This document shows positions 55,542-64,000 of a stretch of DNA of 64,000 nucleotides, piece by piece (position 1 is the first letter of the stretch; each line of letters opens with the position of its first letter). Location of the stretch: NCBI GenBank assembly GCA_038890615.1, contig JAWAFI010000001.1, positions 194,611 to 258,610 of the forward strand. The letters are read 5' to 3'. The notes beneath the pieces were generated by a model that was given only the letters and a program-made list of their open reading frames with translations, had not been told where the DNA came from and did no database searches. Source of the DNA: Candidatus Anstonellales archaeon. GTDB taxonomy: Archaea; Micrarchaeota; Micrarchaeia; Anstonellales; J096. The position numbers and the translations under genes were made by a program.

Positions 55542-56949
55542 ACCTAACCACCTTTAGCTCATTGTACTTGAGCTCATTGATGTAAACAATCCCTGGCGTT
55601 GGCACGTGGCCCATCTTTATCTGGAAATCTGTTATTCCTTGGAAGGTGCCTGAGTTGATTACCCTTGTGCCCCTGTACTCAGCGCTTGCGTTCCTGTGCA
55701 CGTGGCCTGCATGGAATATGTCTGGCTCATCTTCTATAACCAAGTAATCCACAGGATTTGGGTAGATAGGGTTAGTGCCATAGATGGGGCTGAGGTGCCT
55801 GTGCTTAAGCATCTCAACCATAACCCCTTCTGGATGCATATAAGTCATGTTAGGCATTGCAGCGATAACAGAGTCCATCCCTGTGCCGTGGTAGAGAAGG
55901 TGCTTGAACCCATCAATAGATACAAACGAGGGGTTGCCCACTGCTACCACCCTGCTGTCAACATAATCCTTTAGCGATTCCTGAGGCTCCGCCCTTCTTC
56001 CTGCATCGTGGTTGCCAGGTAGCACTATTACTTCTATGTAATCAGGGATTGCCTCAATGAAGCTGTTGAACATCCCATACTGCCCCTCTATTGTCTTGAC
56101 AGAAAGCTCCTTCTCCTGCTCAGGGTAGATCCCAACGCCATCAACAACATCACCTGCAACCACAATATACTTCACCTTTTCTGCAAGCTCTTTCTTCTCT
56201 CCCTGCAGGTTGAGCCACCTTGTAAACCTGTCAAAATAAGAGCTTAGGAACTGGCTGCTCCCAAAATGTATGTCAGATATGTAAGCAACAGCAAGGTCCC
56301 TTTCCCCAAGCTTCTTCTCCTTTATGCGCAAGTCGGGAAGCCATATGTCCTCTACTATCAGGAACTCCTTTTTCACAGAAACTTCAAGGGCCACTACGTC
56401 ATCAACAACAATGTTTTGGAGCTTCTTGGCAACCTCGTCCCTTGATGGGACTATAGCTATGAAAGAGGAGGTTTGATCCTCAACAACAAGCATCGTGTTC
56501 CCTTTTTTTGTGGGCCGGATGTCTGTAATCATCACTATTACAGTGGCATTGCCTGAGCCTGCCTTCTTTGCATCCTCAAGGCTCATCTCCTCGTATTTCT
56601 TGGTCTTGCCCCGCAGCAGCCTTGCCAGCCTTTCGTACCTGTTCCTAAACATACCCACAAAATCCTCAACCTCGCCCCTTCCTGTGTTCTTTCCAGTTAC
56701 ATCAAACTGGTCGTGCCTCTGTATTTCAGCATCATACTCAGCAGCAATAGGCCTTTTTTCAGAGCGCTCTACCACTTCCACCTTTGGGAGCTTTGAGCCC
56801 TCTATGGCGCGCAGCGCGTCTTCCTTGGAGATGATGTCCTTGTGAAGCTCGAGCAGCCTTTCAATTATGTCTGCTGGGGCTCCGTTTATGAGTTCTTCTG
56901 CATCTAGCTCTACGCGTACCCCTTTTTCAAGAAGGCGGCTTACGTTCAT
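55531..56949 (-). CDS. polB: DNA polymerase D small subunit DP1
   Basis: OB fold, SDIHFGS, GDVVDG, PGNHD, YHG, GHVH. Confidence 0.95.
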   Translation of the reverse strand: MNVSRLLEKGVRVELDAEELINGAPADIIERLLELHKDIISKEDALRAIEGSKLPKVEVVERSEKRPIAAEYDAEIQRHDQFDVTGKNTGRGEVEDFVGMFRNRYERLARLLRGKTKKYEEMSLEDAKKAGSGNATVIVMITDIRPTKKGNTMLVVEDQTSSFIAIVPSRDEVAKKLQNIVVDDVVALEVSVKKEFLIVEDIWLPDLRIKEKKLGERDLAVAYISDIHFGSSQFLSSYFDRFTRWLNLQGEKKELAEKVKYIVVAGDVVDGVGIYPEQEKELSVKTIEGQYGMFNSFIEAIPDYIEVIVLPGNHDAGRRAEPQESLKDYVDSRVVAVGNPSFVSIDGFKHLLYHGTGMDSVIAAMPNMTYMHPEGVMVEMLKHRHLSPIYGTNPIYPNPVDYLVIEDEPDIFHAGHVHRNASAEYRGTRVINSGTFQGITDFQIKMGHVPTPGIVYINELKYNELKVVRFDS

Positions 56950-57203
56950 TTAACCGTTTCAAGCATGCTTATTATGTTCCAAATCTGGGTCCTTGTATGC
57001 ACAGGAATGTTTGGCTCATTGCTAAGCGGCTCTATTATGTAAAGGGCAGCGCTTGCCCTTACATCATCACTTCCATCGCCTGACTCAAGCTTCTGCCTTG
57101 CCTCTGCCATTGCCTTCTTTATGTTCTTAGGGACAAGCGGGTCATCTTCAACCATCTTTATCATTGCAATTATATTATCAAGCGTCATTAGGTTCACCTC
57201 CAA
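56946..57203 (-). CDS. UPF0147 family protein
   Basis: DPLVPKNI, NEPNIPVHTRTQIWNIISMLE. Confidence 0.88.
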   Translation of the reverse strand: MEVNLMTLDNIIAMIKMVEDDPLVPKNIKKAMAEARQKLESGDGSDDVRASAALYIIEPLSNEPNIPVHTRTQIWNIISMLETVK

Positions 57204-57280
57204 GAACCAGCAATTTTATAGAGCACGCTTATTTTTAAAGGTTAGCTGGAACAAGGCAAAATACTGAGTCAAAGAATGGC

Positions 57281-59413
57281 CTATAAAAGCTTGAGCTTGC
57301 ACTCTTCAAGGAAGCCAAAGAATTCTTCTTGGCTTGCAAATTGTTTAATAGCTTTTTCGCCTGAATCAATTATAGAAACACCAGTGCCGGACAGAACAAC
57401 CGACACCTTCTTTTTCTCCTCTGGCAAAATGAAATTGAGTTCAATGGATTTTTCCTTGCAGTTGACCACTGCCTCATCAAGGAAATAAAGCTTTTTGTCA
57501 AGGAACCTTATCCGCTTTCCGACATTGGAGAAAATGAATTCAACAACCGGATTGATTTCACCAAGCTGAGCTTCCACCTCAAGGCCAATCTCTGCGCTTT
57601 CCTTTTTTGTAGAAGCGAGCGAAAAGCAGCCGTTCCTAAGCAAAAGCTCTGTTGTTTTGGAAGTCTTTTTGGAAGGAGTTTCTACAAACACGCTTATGCT
57701 TGAAGCGCTTATTTTTATGGTGCTTGCCTTCCTGCTTTTCTCGCCTTTCCCTTTCATCTTGAGCAAAATGGGCTTTTCTTCCATAAGCCCAGAAACAATC
57801 CTTTGGTCAATGTAGAGCTCAAAGCCCTTCACGTACATTGGGGCTCCAGCCCTTCTGGCATCAATAACATCTAGGAGGCCGACCTCTTCCTTTGGGCTCT
57901 CTGGGATGGCAGTTGCCCACCAATCCTTGCCTTCCTTGTAAATAGAATAAATGTTCCCATTGCCAACTGCCTTGAAAGCCCTTCTCCTGCTTCCTATCTC
58001 AATTTCTCTAACCTGCACCAGCGCACTTTCCCCCAAGAATTCAATCCTGCACTTGTTCCCCAAGAATTCTGGGCTTATTGAAAGCTCCTTTTTGGCTTTC
58101 TTTTTTTCAGCAAGCTCCTTCTGGGCTATTGACATGCCTTCCACTTCATAGGAGTTTTGGTCATTGTCTTTTGCTGATGCAGTAAAAACCCATTCCCTTA
58201 CTCCTCTCCTCTTCAAAGAAAGCAGAACCTCAAGCTTGCCTTCATTTGTGGAAACATTAAAGGCCAAGCGCGTGCCTTCATCTTCGCTGTAAGTGCCTGA
58301 AACCTTCTTCACAACCCCTGAAAATTGAATAACATTTTGTGCCATTACCTTCTCTTCTTCCAACATCCTCTTCAAGGCTTCTTCATCAATGGGCCCTTTC
58401 TTGGGCTTGGATGAAACCTTTCTGCAATGAAGCGTGATCTCTGAGTTGACTGGATTCACTATGAAATCAAGAGGCAATGAGAAAGTGCCGGCCCTTTCAG
58501 GGGCGCCTTCGCTTATCAGAATTGCTTCTGGGGTTGCCCTTCCCTCCACGAGGATCTCAAGGCTAGGGGTTGGCTTTTGGGTTGGCAGTTCCTCTATTGG
58601 CCCTTGCTTCTTTGGCTCAGGGAGCATTGGAATCTCCTTTGCCCTTTCGTATTGCACGAGTGGTAAAAGCTGTGGGAATTTTACAGAGAGAGTTGGCGGC
58701 TTTTGCCACACAGCCAAAGAGCAGCGCTCCAATTGCGAGGGCTGCAAAGGTATTGCAAAGTCAGAAGGAGGCAATATAGTTGGCTTTGGCATTGGCGCCT
58801 TCCTTATAACTGCCAGCGAGCATTCTGCCTTTTGAGAAGGAATTAGGACAACAAACTCATCGCCGTAAAGCGCTTGTGAGGTTATTCCCAAACCTTCCTG
58901 CCTGAACTCAATGTTGAATAGGCCTTTCCTTTCGCTTTGCATTCCCTGCTTAAGCTCGTGCTCTTCTCTTTTTTTCTCATAAATGTTGATCGCAAAGATG
59001 CTGAAAGCAGAGCCCATGAATGCATATGCAGCAAGCATCATTGGGGAAAGAAGCGTTAGTGGAGCAGGGGCAAAGAAAATTGCTGCCAATGAGAGGTTCC
59101 TTACAATCCTCATCCATTCCTTAAAGGCCGACTTTAGCGGCTTTTTTGAAAAATACCTTTCTGCCCTTAGCCCTGCGCTTATCAATGCAGAGCCCCCTAA
59201 TACCTCATTTGCCAATGGGGTAAAAACAGGTGCGCCTTTGGCAAGGCCAACTGTTGCATCATAAATCAATGAGCCAGCTATCAAAGGGATGAGCAAATTC
59301 TTTGCTGGCCTGTTAACCCTGAGCAGTCCTTCGCTGTCCCTCTCAAGCAGCTTAAACCTCTTCGGCTTCTTGGCTGAGCCAGCAGGCTTTTGATGCACTG
59401 CTTCTTTCTGCAT
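57281..59413 (-). CDS. Large orphan protein with N-terminal TM region and Pro-rich linker
   Basis: 710 aa; hydrophobic segments at about aa 40-145, Pro-rich aa 205-285, then beta-rich domains. Confidence 0.75.
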   Translation of the reverse strand: MQKEAVHQKPAGSAKKPKRFKLLERDSEGLLRVNRPAKNLLIPLIAGSLIYDATVGLAKGAPVFTPLANEVLGGSALISAGLRAERYFSKKPLKSAFKEWMRIVRNLSLAAIFFAPAPLTLLSPMMLAAYAFMGSAFSIFAINIYEKKREEHELKQGMQSERKGLFNIEFRQEGLGITSQALYGDEFVVLIPSQKAECSLAVIRKAPMPKPTILPPSDFAIPLQPSQLERCSLAVWQKPPTLSVKFPQLLPLVQYERAKEIPMLPEPKKQGPIEELPTQKPTPSLEILVEGRATPEAILISEGAPERAGTFSLPLDFIVNPVNSEITLHCRKVSSKPKKGPIDEEALKRMLEEEKVMAQNVIQFSGVVKKVSGTYSEDEGTRLAFNVSTNEGKLEVLLSLKRRGVREWVFTASAKDNDQNSYEVEGMSIAQKELAEKKKAKKELSISPEFLGNKCRIEFLGESALVQVREIEIGSRRRAFKAVGNGNIYSIYKEGKDWWATAIPESPKEEVGLLDVIDARRAGAPMYVKGFELYIDQRIVSGLMEEKPILLKMKGKGEKSRKASTIKISASSISVFVETPSKKTSKTTELLLRNGCFSLASTKKESAEIGLEVEAQLGEINPVVEFIFSNVGKRIRFLDKKLYFLDEAVVNCKEKSIELNFILPEEKKKVSVVLSGTGVSIIDSGEKAIKQFASQEEFFGFLEECKLKLL

Positions 59414-59444
59414 GTGAATTCTCCCCTTAGTGAATATTTAAACC

Positions 59445-59804
59445 TTACTCAAGGAAAATCATTCCATTCCTGTTGACTGCCCTTGAGGGCCGCTCAATGG
59501 ATGAGAATGCGCAATTGGAAGAAATTTTTTCCTGAGCCCTTCCATACACGAGGTTTCCGTCAACAACCTTTCCTCTTATTGAGAGCGAAACAGAGTTCCC
59601 ATCGCCAGAGGAGCATACGAAGTTTATTGCAGAGGAAATCTCACCTGCTTCCTGCTTGGCAATGCTTATCTCGCTTATCCGGTCCCCTGCATCCTTGAGG
59701 TAGCTTAGGGTTTCAATGGAAACTGCTAGCAAGGAAAGGGCAACAATGCCAACAAGCAGGAATTCGGCTGTAACCTGGGCTAGTCGCACCTGTTTTCTTT
59801 GCAT
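59445..59804 (-). CDS. Class III signal peptide (type IV pilin-like) protein
   Basis: RLA/QVTAEFLLVGIVAL prepilin-like motif with E+5. Confidence 0.7.
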   Translation of the reverse strand: MQRKQVRLAQVTAEFLLVGIVALSLLAVSIETLSYLKDAGDRISEISIAKQEAGEISSAINFVCSSGDGNSVSLSIRGKVVDGNLVYGRAQEKISSNCAFSSIERPSRAVNRNGMIFLE

Positions 59805-60037
59805 ATTCCTGATTGGCAGTCAGAATTCTCTATGCAGTAGCCGCCTGGGCCAACTGCCAGCGAGCCCTCTGCCTTGTCAATTACCTTTTCAGTCATGTTT
59901 GAAACTTTGGCTCCTGTTTCCTTGGCGCTGCCTATAAGTTGGGTTGCAACTATTGCCACAACTGCCACAACCACCACTAGCACCAGAAGCATCTCAGCCG
60001 AAACCTGCCCTTTAGCGTATGTACGAGGTATCTTCAC
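59780..60037 (-). CDS. Class III signal peptide (type IV pilin-like) protein with C-terminal Cys module
   Basis: KG/QVSAEMLLVLVVVVAVVAIVA; ends CIENSDCQSGICKENRCD; GTG start inferred. Confidence 0.75.
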   Translation of the reverse strand: MKIPRTYAKGQVSAEMLLVLVVVVAVVAIVATQLIGSAKETGAKVSNMTEKVIDKAEGSLAVGPGGYCIENSDCQSGICKENRCD

Positions 60038-60755
60038 CACCAACCTGCTTTGTGCTATTAAGCTCTTCCTCAATTCTCTTTATTAGCTTTTCCTTCTCAA
60101 CCGCCTCCTCCTCAAGTTTCTTGAGCGAAATGGGCATCCCTGTTGCCTTTATTATTACCTTCAAGACATTGATTGCTGCCTGGTCGTCTATGTAATTCCC
60201 ATGGGTTTCGCCCATCAAGCATATCGCCTCAATCCTGCTGAAGCGCGCCAATGAAGGTATAAGCCCTGCAGCCCCAAGTATGGAGCCCTGCGCCTCCCCG
60301 AAAAGCACGCCAATCTTCTTGAACCTCTCAACAACCTTGCTTGAGTTTGCAGAGCCAAAAACCCTCCTTATCTCATGGTACTGGCCTGTGCTGTAGCCCC
60401 CTATTGTTATTATTTCCTTTATGCCAAGCTCTTTTGCAAAGCGGACTACCTTCTCTGCCAGCTTGTACTGGCCTGCATTGCTGATTGCCTGCGAATCTCC
60501 TGACATCACAACTACTGTCTTGCCATTCCATGAGGCATAATGGAATTCAAGCCTTACAGGCCTCATAAGCCCGTTTGGAAGCATTATTACCTGCTGCGGG
60601 AGCGATGAGCTGTAGTAGCGGGCTATCAATTTCATTTTCATCTCGCTTATCATGTAGCGTGCGCATACATGCCCCACTAGCCCTATTCCTGGGAGCCCTA
60701 CTATCATTGTGCCCCCGTTTGCCTTGAACCCCCTCTTCTTGACTAGCTTTTCCAT
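60012..60755 (-). CDS. Proteasome assembly chaperone (PAC2 family)
   Basis: VGLPGIGLVG, GDSQ, IITIGGY, GAAGL, CLMGET; synteny with nop10. Confidence 0.9.
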   Translation of the reverse strand: MEKLVKKRGFKANGGTMIVGLPGIGLVGHVCARYMISEMKMKLIARYYSSSLPQQVIMLPNGLMRPVRLEFHYASWNGKTVVVMSGDSQAISNAGQYKLAEKVVRFAKELGIKEIITIGGYSTGQYHEIRRVFGSANSSKVVERFKKIGVLFGEAQGSILGAAGLIPSLARFSRIEAICLMGETHGNYIDDQAAINVLKVIIKATGMPISLKKLEEEAVEKEKLIKRIEEELNSTKQVGGEDTSYIR

Positions 60756-60898
60756 ATTATCCCCCTTGACTTCAGTAGATATGACATCCTTTCAATGTTT
60801 TTAAATGGAGCTGGATGGGCAGAAGATGTTTTTGATGAGCAGTGGATTTCTTTTAAGGTATATGAATTGCACAAGCGGCATTTCCTTAGCCTCATCAT
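60743..60898 (-). CDS. nop10: H/ACA RNP protein Nop10
   Basis: Manual translation MMRLRKCRLCNSYTLKEIHCSSKTSSAHPAPFK..., 51 aa, below the ORF-track cutoff; between aIF2-alpha and PAC2. Confidence 0.88.
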   Translation of the reverse strand: MMRLRKCRLCNSYTLKEIHCSSKTSSAHPAPFKNIERMSYLLKSRGIIWKS

Positions 60899-61623
60899 GA
60901 TTGTAGCAGCCCGTGCTTTTTCATCAGTTCGCCTGCTTTCTTCAGCTTGTCTTCTGCATCCTTGTAATTTGCTGATTTGGCTATGAACATATACTTAGGA
61001 GCTCCCATATAGTGCACCTGGATTCCCAATGAGCCCTGAGCCTCTAGCAACGCCTTGACTATCCTCACCATGCCATCGCTTTCCTGGCTAGTGAGCTCAA
61101 ATACCCTCCTAACCTCCACCTCAGGCTTCTTGAGCTTCCTTTGCATATAATCGAAAAGAACTGCCTTTGCCTTCTTTGATATCTTGAGCGTATCAAGGAG
61201 CTTCTGATTGGAGAGCGCCTTTTCAAGGAATTCTGCTGGGTTTCCGTGCTTTTGCTCTATCTGCCTGTAGAGCTCCTCTGGGCTTCCTTTTTCATTGGCA
61301 GCCTCAAAGGCCGCTTTTATTATCCCCAAGCACCTCTTCTCCTTCTTCAAGCTCTCCTTCTTTTTCCTCTTTTCATCTTCAGTAACATTCTTCAAGGAAA
61401 GGTCTATCTGCTTCTTGTCTGGGTTTACCCCTATAACCTTCACAACAAGCTGATCCCCTTCAGAGATGAACTCGTGTATGTTCTTAACCCATCCTGAAGA
61501 AACCTCAGATATGTGCATGAAGCCCTCTATATTGCTGTACTCAGGAAGCACGCAGAACGCGCCATAAGGAAGGATCTTCTTTACCTTTGCAATTACAATC
61601 TCGTCCTTTTCCGGAAGGCTCAT
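60895..61623 (-). CDS. eif2a: Translation initiation factor aIF-2 alpha
   Basis: S1 domain LPEKDEIVIAKV..ILPYGA, HISEVSSGWVKNI, YMGAPKY. Confidence 0.95.
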   Translation of the reverse strand: MSLPEKDEIVIAKVKKILPYGAFCVLPEYSNIEGFMHISEVSSGWVKNIHEFISEGDQLVVKVIGVNPDKKQIDLSLKNVTEDEKRKKKESLKKEKRCLGIIKAAFEAANEKGSPEELYRQIEQKHGNPAEFLEKALSNQKLLDTLKISKKAKAVLFDYMQRKLKKPEVEVRRVFELTSQESDGMVRIVKALLEAQGSLGIQVHYMGAPKYMFIAKSANYKDAEDKLKKAGELMKKHGLLQS

Positions 61624-61781
61624 CCAAGCTCCTCTACTATAGTGCCTATTATTGCAGCCCTGCCTCCTGTCGGGGCTGCCAGCGTTGCATTGCACCCTGA
61701 GCAGTTTATCTTGGTTGTTGTGTGTGTGAAAATTATCTGCACATTCCCGCACTTGCACTTGACCTTCACGAATTTGCTCAT
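61620..61781 (-). CDS. rps27e: 30S ribosomal protein S27e
   Basis: SKFVKVKCKCGNVQIIF...CSGC..LAAPTGGRA. Confidence 0.95.
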   Translation of the reverse strand: MSKFVKVKCKCGNVQIIFTHTTTKINCSGCNATLAAPTGGRAAIIGTIVEELG

Positions 61782-62059
61782 TACTTCACCTCTGCTTTTG
61801 CCTTTGTCCTGCCCTGAAGCACCTTTTCGTGCTTCTTGTGGCAATTGTTGCATTCAAGTATTAGCTTCTGCCTCTTGCCCTGCTTCTTAACTGCCTTCTT
61901 CCCTGCCCTTTTGCCGCCATGGCCCTTAAGCTTCCTCTCGTGCTTGACATTGCCCATAGCCAATGACCTTGGCTTCCCTTTTGAGGCTACTTTTACTTTA
62001 TGGGCTACATGCGCCTTGCAAAATGGGCAATATGTCCTCATCTCTTTTGGAACCTTCAT
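61781..62059 (-). CDS. rpl44e: 50S ribosomal protein L44e
   Basis: MKVPKEMRTYCPFCKAH...LECNNC. Confidence 0.93.
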   Translation of the reverse strand: MKVPKEMRTYCPFCKAHVAHKVKVASKGKPRSLAMGNVKHERKLKGHGGKRAGKKAVKKQGKRQKLILECNNCHKKHEKVLQGRTKAKAEVK

Positions 62060-62541
62060 AAATACACCTCCTTGACAAAGCCCTTTGAAAGAAGCCATGT
62101 TGCCTCCTCTTGAGGAACGGTTATGTATTCCCCTTCCTTAAAGGGGCCGTAGACTATTCCTTTCTGGCCCCTATAGGGCTTCACCTCTTTTATTACGAGC
62201 AGCCTTTTAATAGTTTTCCTGTCTTCCATAAGGCCTTCGGAAGCCTTCCTTACCTCCTCAGCGAACTTCTGCTCCTCTGCAGTAAGCCCCTTTGGCACCC
62301 CCTTCCTTACGCATTCTATTGCTATCTTCTCCATCCTTATGCGCATTATGTCTTTAAGCATCTTCTTCAGGTTCTCAACCTCTCGCATTGCCATAATGTC
62401 CCCTGACTGTTTTGCGCTCTCCTCCTTCTCGCTTATTACCTTCTTCACCTGCTCGTAAAAGTCGGCTGACAGGCTGGTTAGCATGTTGCCCTGCATCTCT
62501 GCCCTGTAGTACTCCCTTATAGTTCCATAGTCAAGAGCCAT
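62056..62541 (-). CDS. GINS complex protein (Gins15/51-type)
   Basis: L..LSADFY, RIRMEKI, LTAEE, YGPFKEG...VP..EA.WL..KG; upstream of rpl44e. Confidence 0.82.
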   Translation of the reverse strand: MALDYGTIREYYRAEMQGNMLTSLSADFYEQVKKVISEKEESAKQSGDIMAMREVENLKKMLKDIMRIRMEKIAIECVRKGVPKGLTAEEQKFAEEVRKASEGLMEDRKTIKRLLVIKEVKPYRGQKGIVYGPFKEGEYITVPQEEATWLLSKGFVKEVYL

Positions 62542-62543
62542 AA

Positions 62544-62616
62544 TGGGCCCGCCCGGATTCGAACCGGGAATCTTCACCGTGTCAGGGTGACGTCATAGCC
62601 ATTGGACCACGGGCCC
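62544..62616 (-). tRNA. tRNA-Val(GAC)
   Basis: GGGCCCG acceptor stem, TCACC-CTGACAC-GGTGA anticodon arm, GGTTCGAATCC. Confidence 0.95.
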
Positions 62617-62619
62617 AAA

Positions 62620-63141
62620 ATGATAAACCCTTACATATATCAAATATTTAAAATCTATGCAGGGGATTGGAATCCAGAAGTAATTTTAAATGACAAATTG
62701 ATGATTAGACAAACAGGCGATAGATTATATGCAACAATTGATAGTTATAAATACTACCATCTTAACAATATTAATCTTAAAGATACAAGTTTAGATATAA
62801 AGTATGTATTGGCATTATTGAATTCTAAAATGATGTCTGCATATTATCTATTAGTTACATTAGAAAAAGAAAGAGTTATGGCACAAACTGATATAGAAAC
62901 CCTCGAAAAATTACCAATTAAGGAAATAGAAAAGGAAAAACAGCAACCCCTCATCAAACTCGTTGACAAAATGCTTTCCCTCAACAAGCGCCTAAATGAA
63001 ATCGGCGACAAAAAGACAGATGAAAGAGCAAAAATTGAGGAAGAAATAAAAAAGACTGACGCTGAGATTGATGAGCTCGTTTATAAGATTTATGGCATAA
63101 CTGAAGAGGAGAAGAAGATCATCGAAGAAAGTATGAAGTAA
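62620..63141 (+). pseudogene. C-terminal fragment of a type IIG/TaqI-like restriction-modification enzyme
   Basis: KLMIRQT, KYVLALLNSK, LEKLPIK, LVDKML, IDELVYKIYGITEEE; no MTase motifs; AT-rich. Confidence 0.78.
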
Positions 63142-63213
63142 TGATATGAGAGGCGCAAAAGAGCTAGGAATAATAATTTAAAACCCTCTATCGTTAGATA
63201 AGCAGGTGATCAG

Positions 63214-63462
63214 ATGGAACCCAATGTAGGAAGCCTTGACAGGATGCTCAGGGTATGCATAGCGCTTGTGTTCATTGCTGCAGCTTACTTCTACAATGTG
63301 TGGTGGCTCTATGCGCTTGCGCTTGTGCCGCTCGCAACGGCGCTGTTCTCCTACTGCCCGCTGTACGCGCCCCTGAAGATAAGCACAATTGAGAAAAAAG
63401 AAGAAGCAAAGGAAGAGCCAAAGAAAGAAGAGCCAAAGAAAAGGAAGAAGCAGAGAAAATAA
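63214..63462 (+). CDS. DUF2892 (YgaP-like) membrane protein
   Basis: NVGSLDRMLR...TA....CPLYAPLKIST. Confidence 0.88.
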   Translation: MEPNVGSLDRMLRVCIALVFIAAAYFYNVWWLYALALVPLATALFSYCPLYAPLKISTIEKKEEAKEEPKKEEPKKRKKQRK

Positions 63463-63492
63463 ACTTTTAATGTTATAGCAGCAAATAGATGC

Positions 63493-64000
63493 ATGATAGA
63501 GCTAATAGCGCTAGCTGCTGCTGTTCTGGGCATTGCAGTCGTTGTGTGGGCTGTGCTCACTTATAACCACTTGGTCAAGCTGTCCCAGCAAGTAAAGAAC
63601 GCGTGGCACCAGATTGATGTCCAGCTCCAGCGAAGGCATGACCTAATCCCTAACCTTGTTGAGGCAGTGAAGGGCTACATGAAGCACGAGAAGGAAACCT
63701 TGGAAGAAATAACTAAGCTAAGGGCTGCAATTGTTTCAGGCACCCCTGCAGAAAGGGCATCTGCAAACGAGCGCCTTAGCTCTGCTCTGAAAACAATATT
63801 CGCTGTTGCTGAGAACTACCCGCAGCTAAGGGCAAGCGAAAACTTCCTGAAGCTCCAGGAGGAGCTTACAACTACTGAGAACAGGGTTGCCTATGCTAGG
63901 CAGGCTTATAACGATTCTGTATATTTTTACAATACTGCGATAGCAATAATGCCAAACAACCTCCTTGCTATGTTGCTAGGCATGAAGGAGCAAGAGTTCT
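63493..64000 (+). CDS. lemA: LemA family protein (runs off window)
   Basis: Manual translation: TM helix then YNHLV...VKNAWHQIDVQLQRRHDLIPNLVEAVKGY...AENYPQLRA.ENF..LQEEL..TEN. Confidence 0.92.
   Translation, partial: MIELIALAAAVLGIAVVVWAVLTYNHLVKLSQQVKNAWHQIDVQLQRRHDLIPNLVEAVKGYMKHEKETLEEITKLRAAIVSGTPAERASANERLSSALKTIFAVAENYPQLRASENFLKLQEELTTTENRVAYARQAYNDSVYFYNTAIAIMPNNLLAMLLGMKEQEF

Noticed and set aside
40853..62616. The two near-identical tRNA-Val genes as attL/attR of an integrated element
   Set aside because: Both are complete isoacceptors with different anticodons, and the DNA between them holds core genes (PolD, TBP, ribosomal proteins) and no integrase

Overview
Gene-dense chromosomal window of a small-genome archaeon. 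PolD DP1/DP2, TBP, TFE, Rpo4, aIF2-alpha, fibrillarin, Nop10, class I LysRS and GINS make it archaeal. The compact, overlapping, truncated genes and the gene mix suggest DPANN, possibly Micrarchaeota (inference). Housekeeping blocks are interspersed with accessory material. The main points: (1) a 7-repeat/6-spacer CRISPR array (15003-15480) whose 37-bp repeat resembles type V-F (Cas12f/Cas14) repeats, fused through a 6-bp microhomology into a truncated cas2 next to an intact cas4, with no cas1, effector or leader in the window, and abutted on the other side by an unknown 414-aa ORF and tRNA-Ala; (2) a five-gene translationally coupled operon (33211-37164) resembling a minimal VirB2/VirB6/VirB4 (Ced/Ted-like) secretion or DNA-transfer system with no relaxase or mobile element; (3) a 347-aa catalytic-domain-only [FeFe]-hydrogenase with all H-cluster motifs and no maturases in the window; (4) two C/D-box guide sRNAs not in the ORF track, one predicted to guide 23S Gm2251; (5) four tRNAs, three flanked by accessory genes; (6) many surface, repeat and orphan proteins. 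All calls come from reading motifs by eye; no database searches were run.
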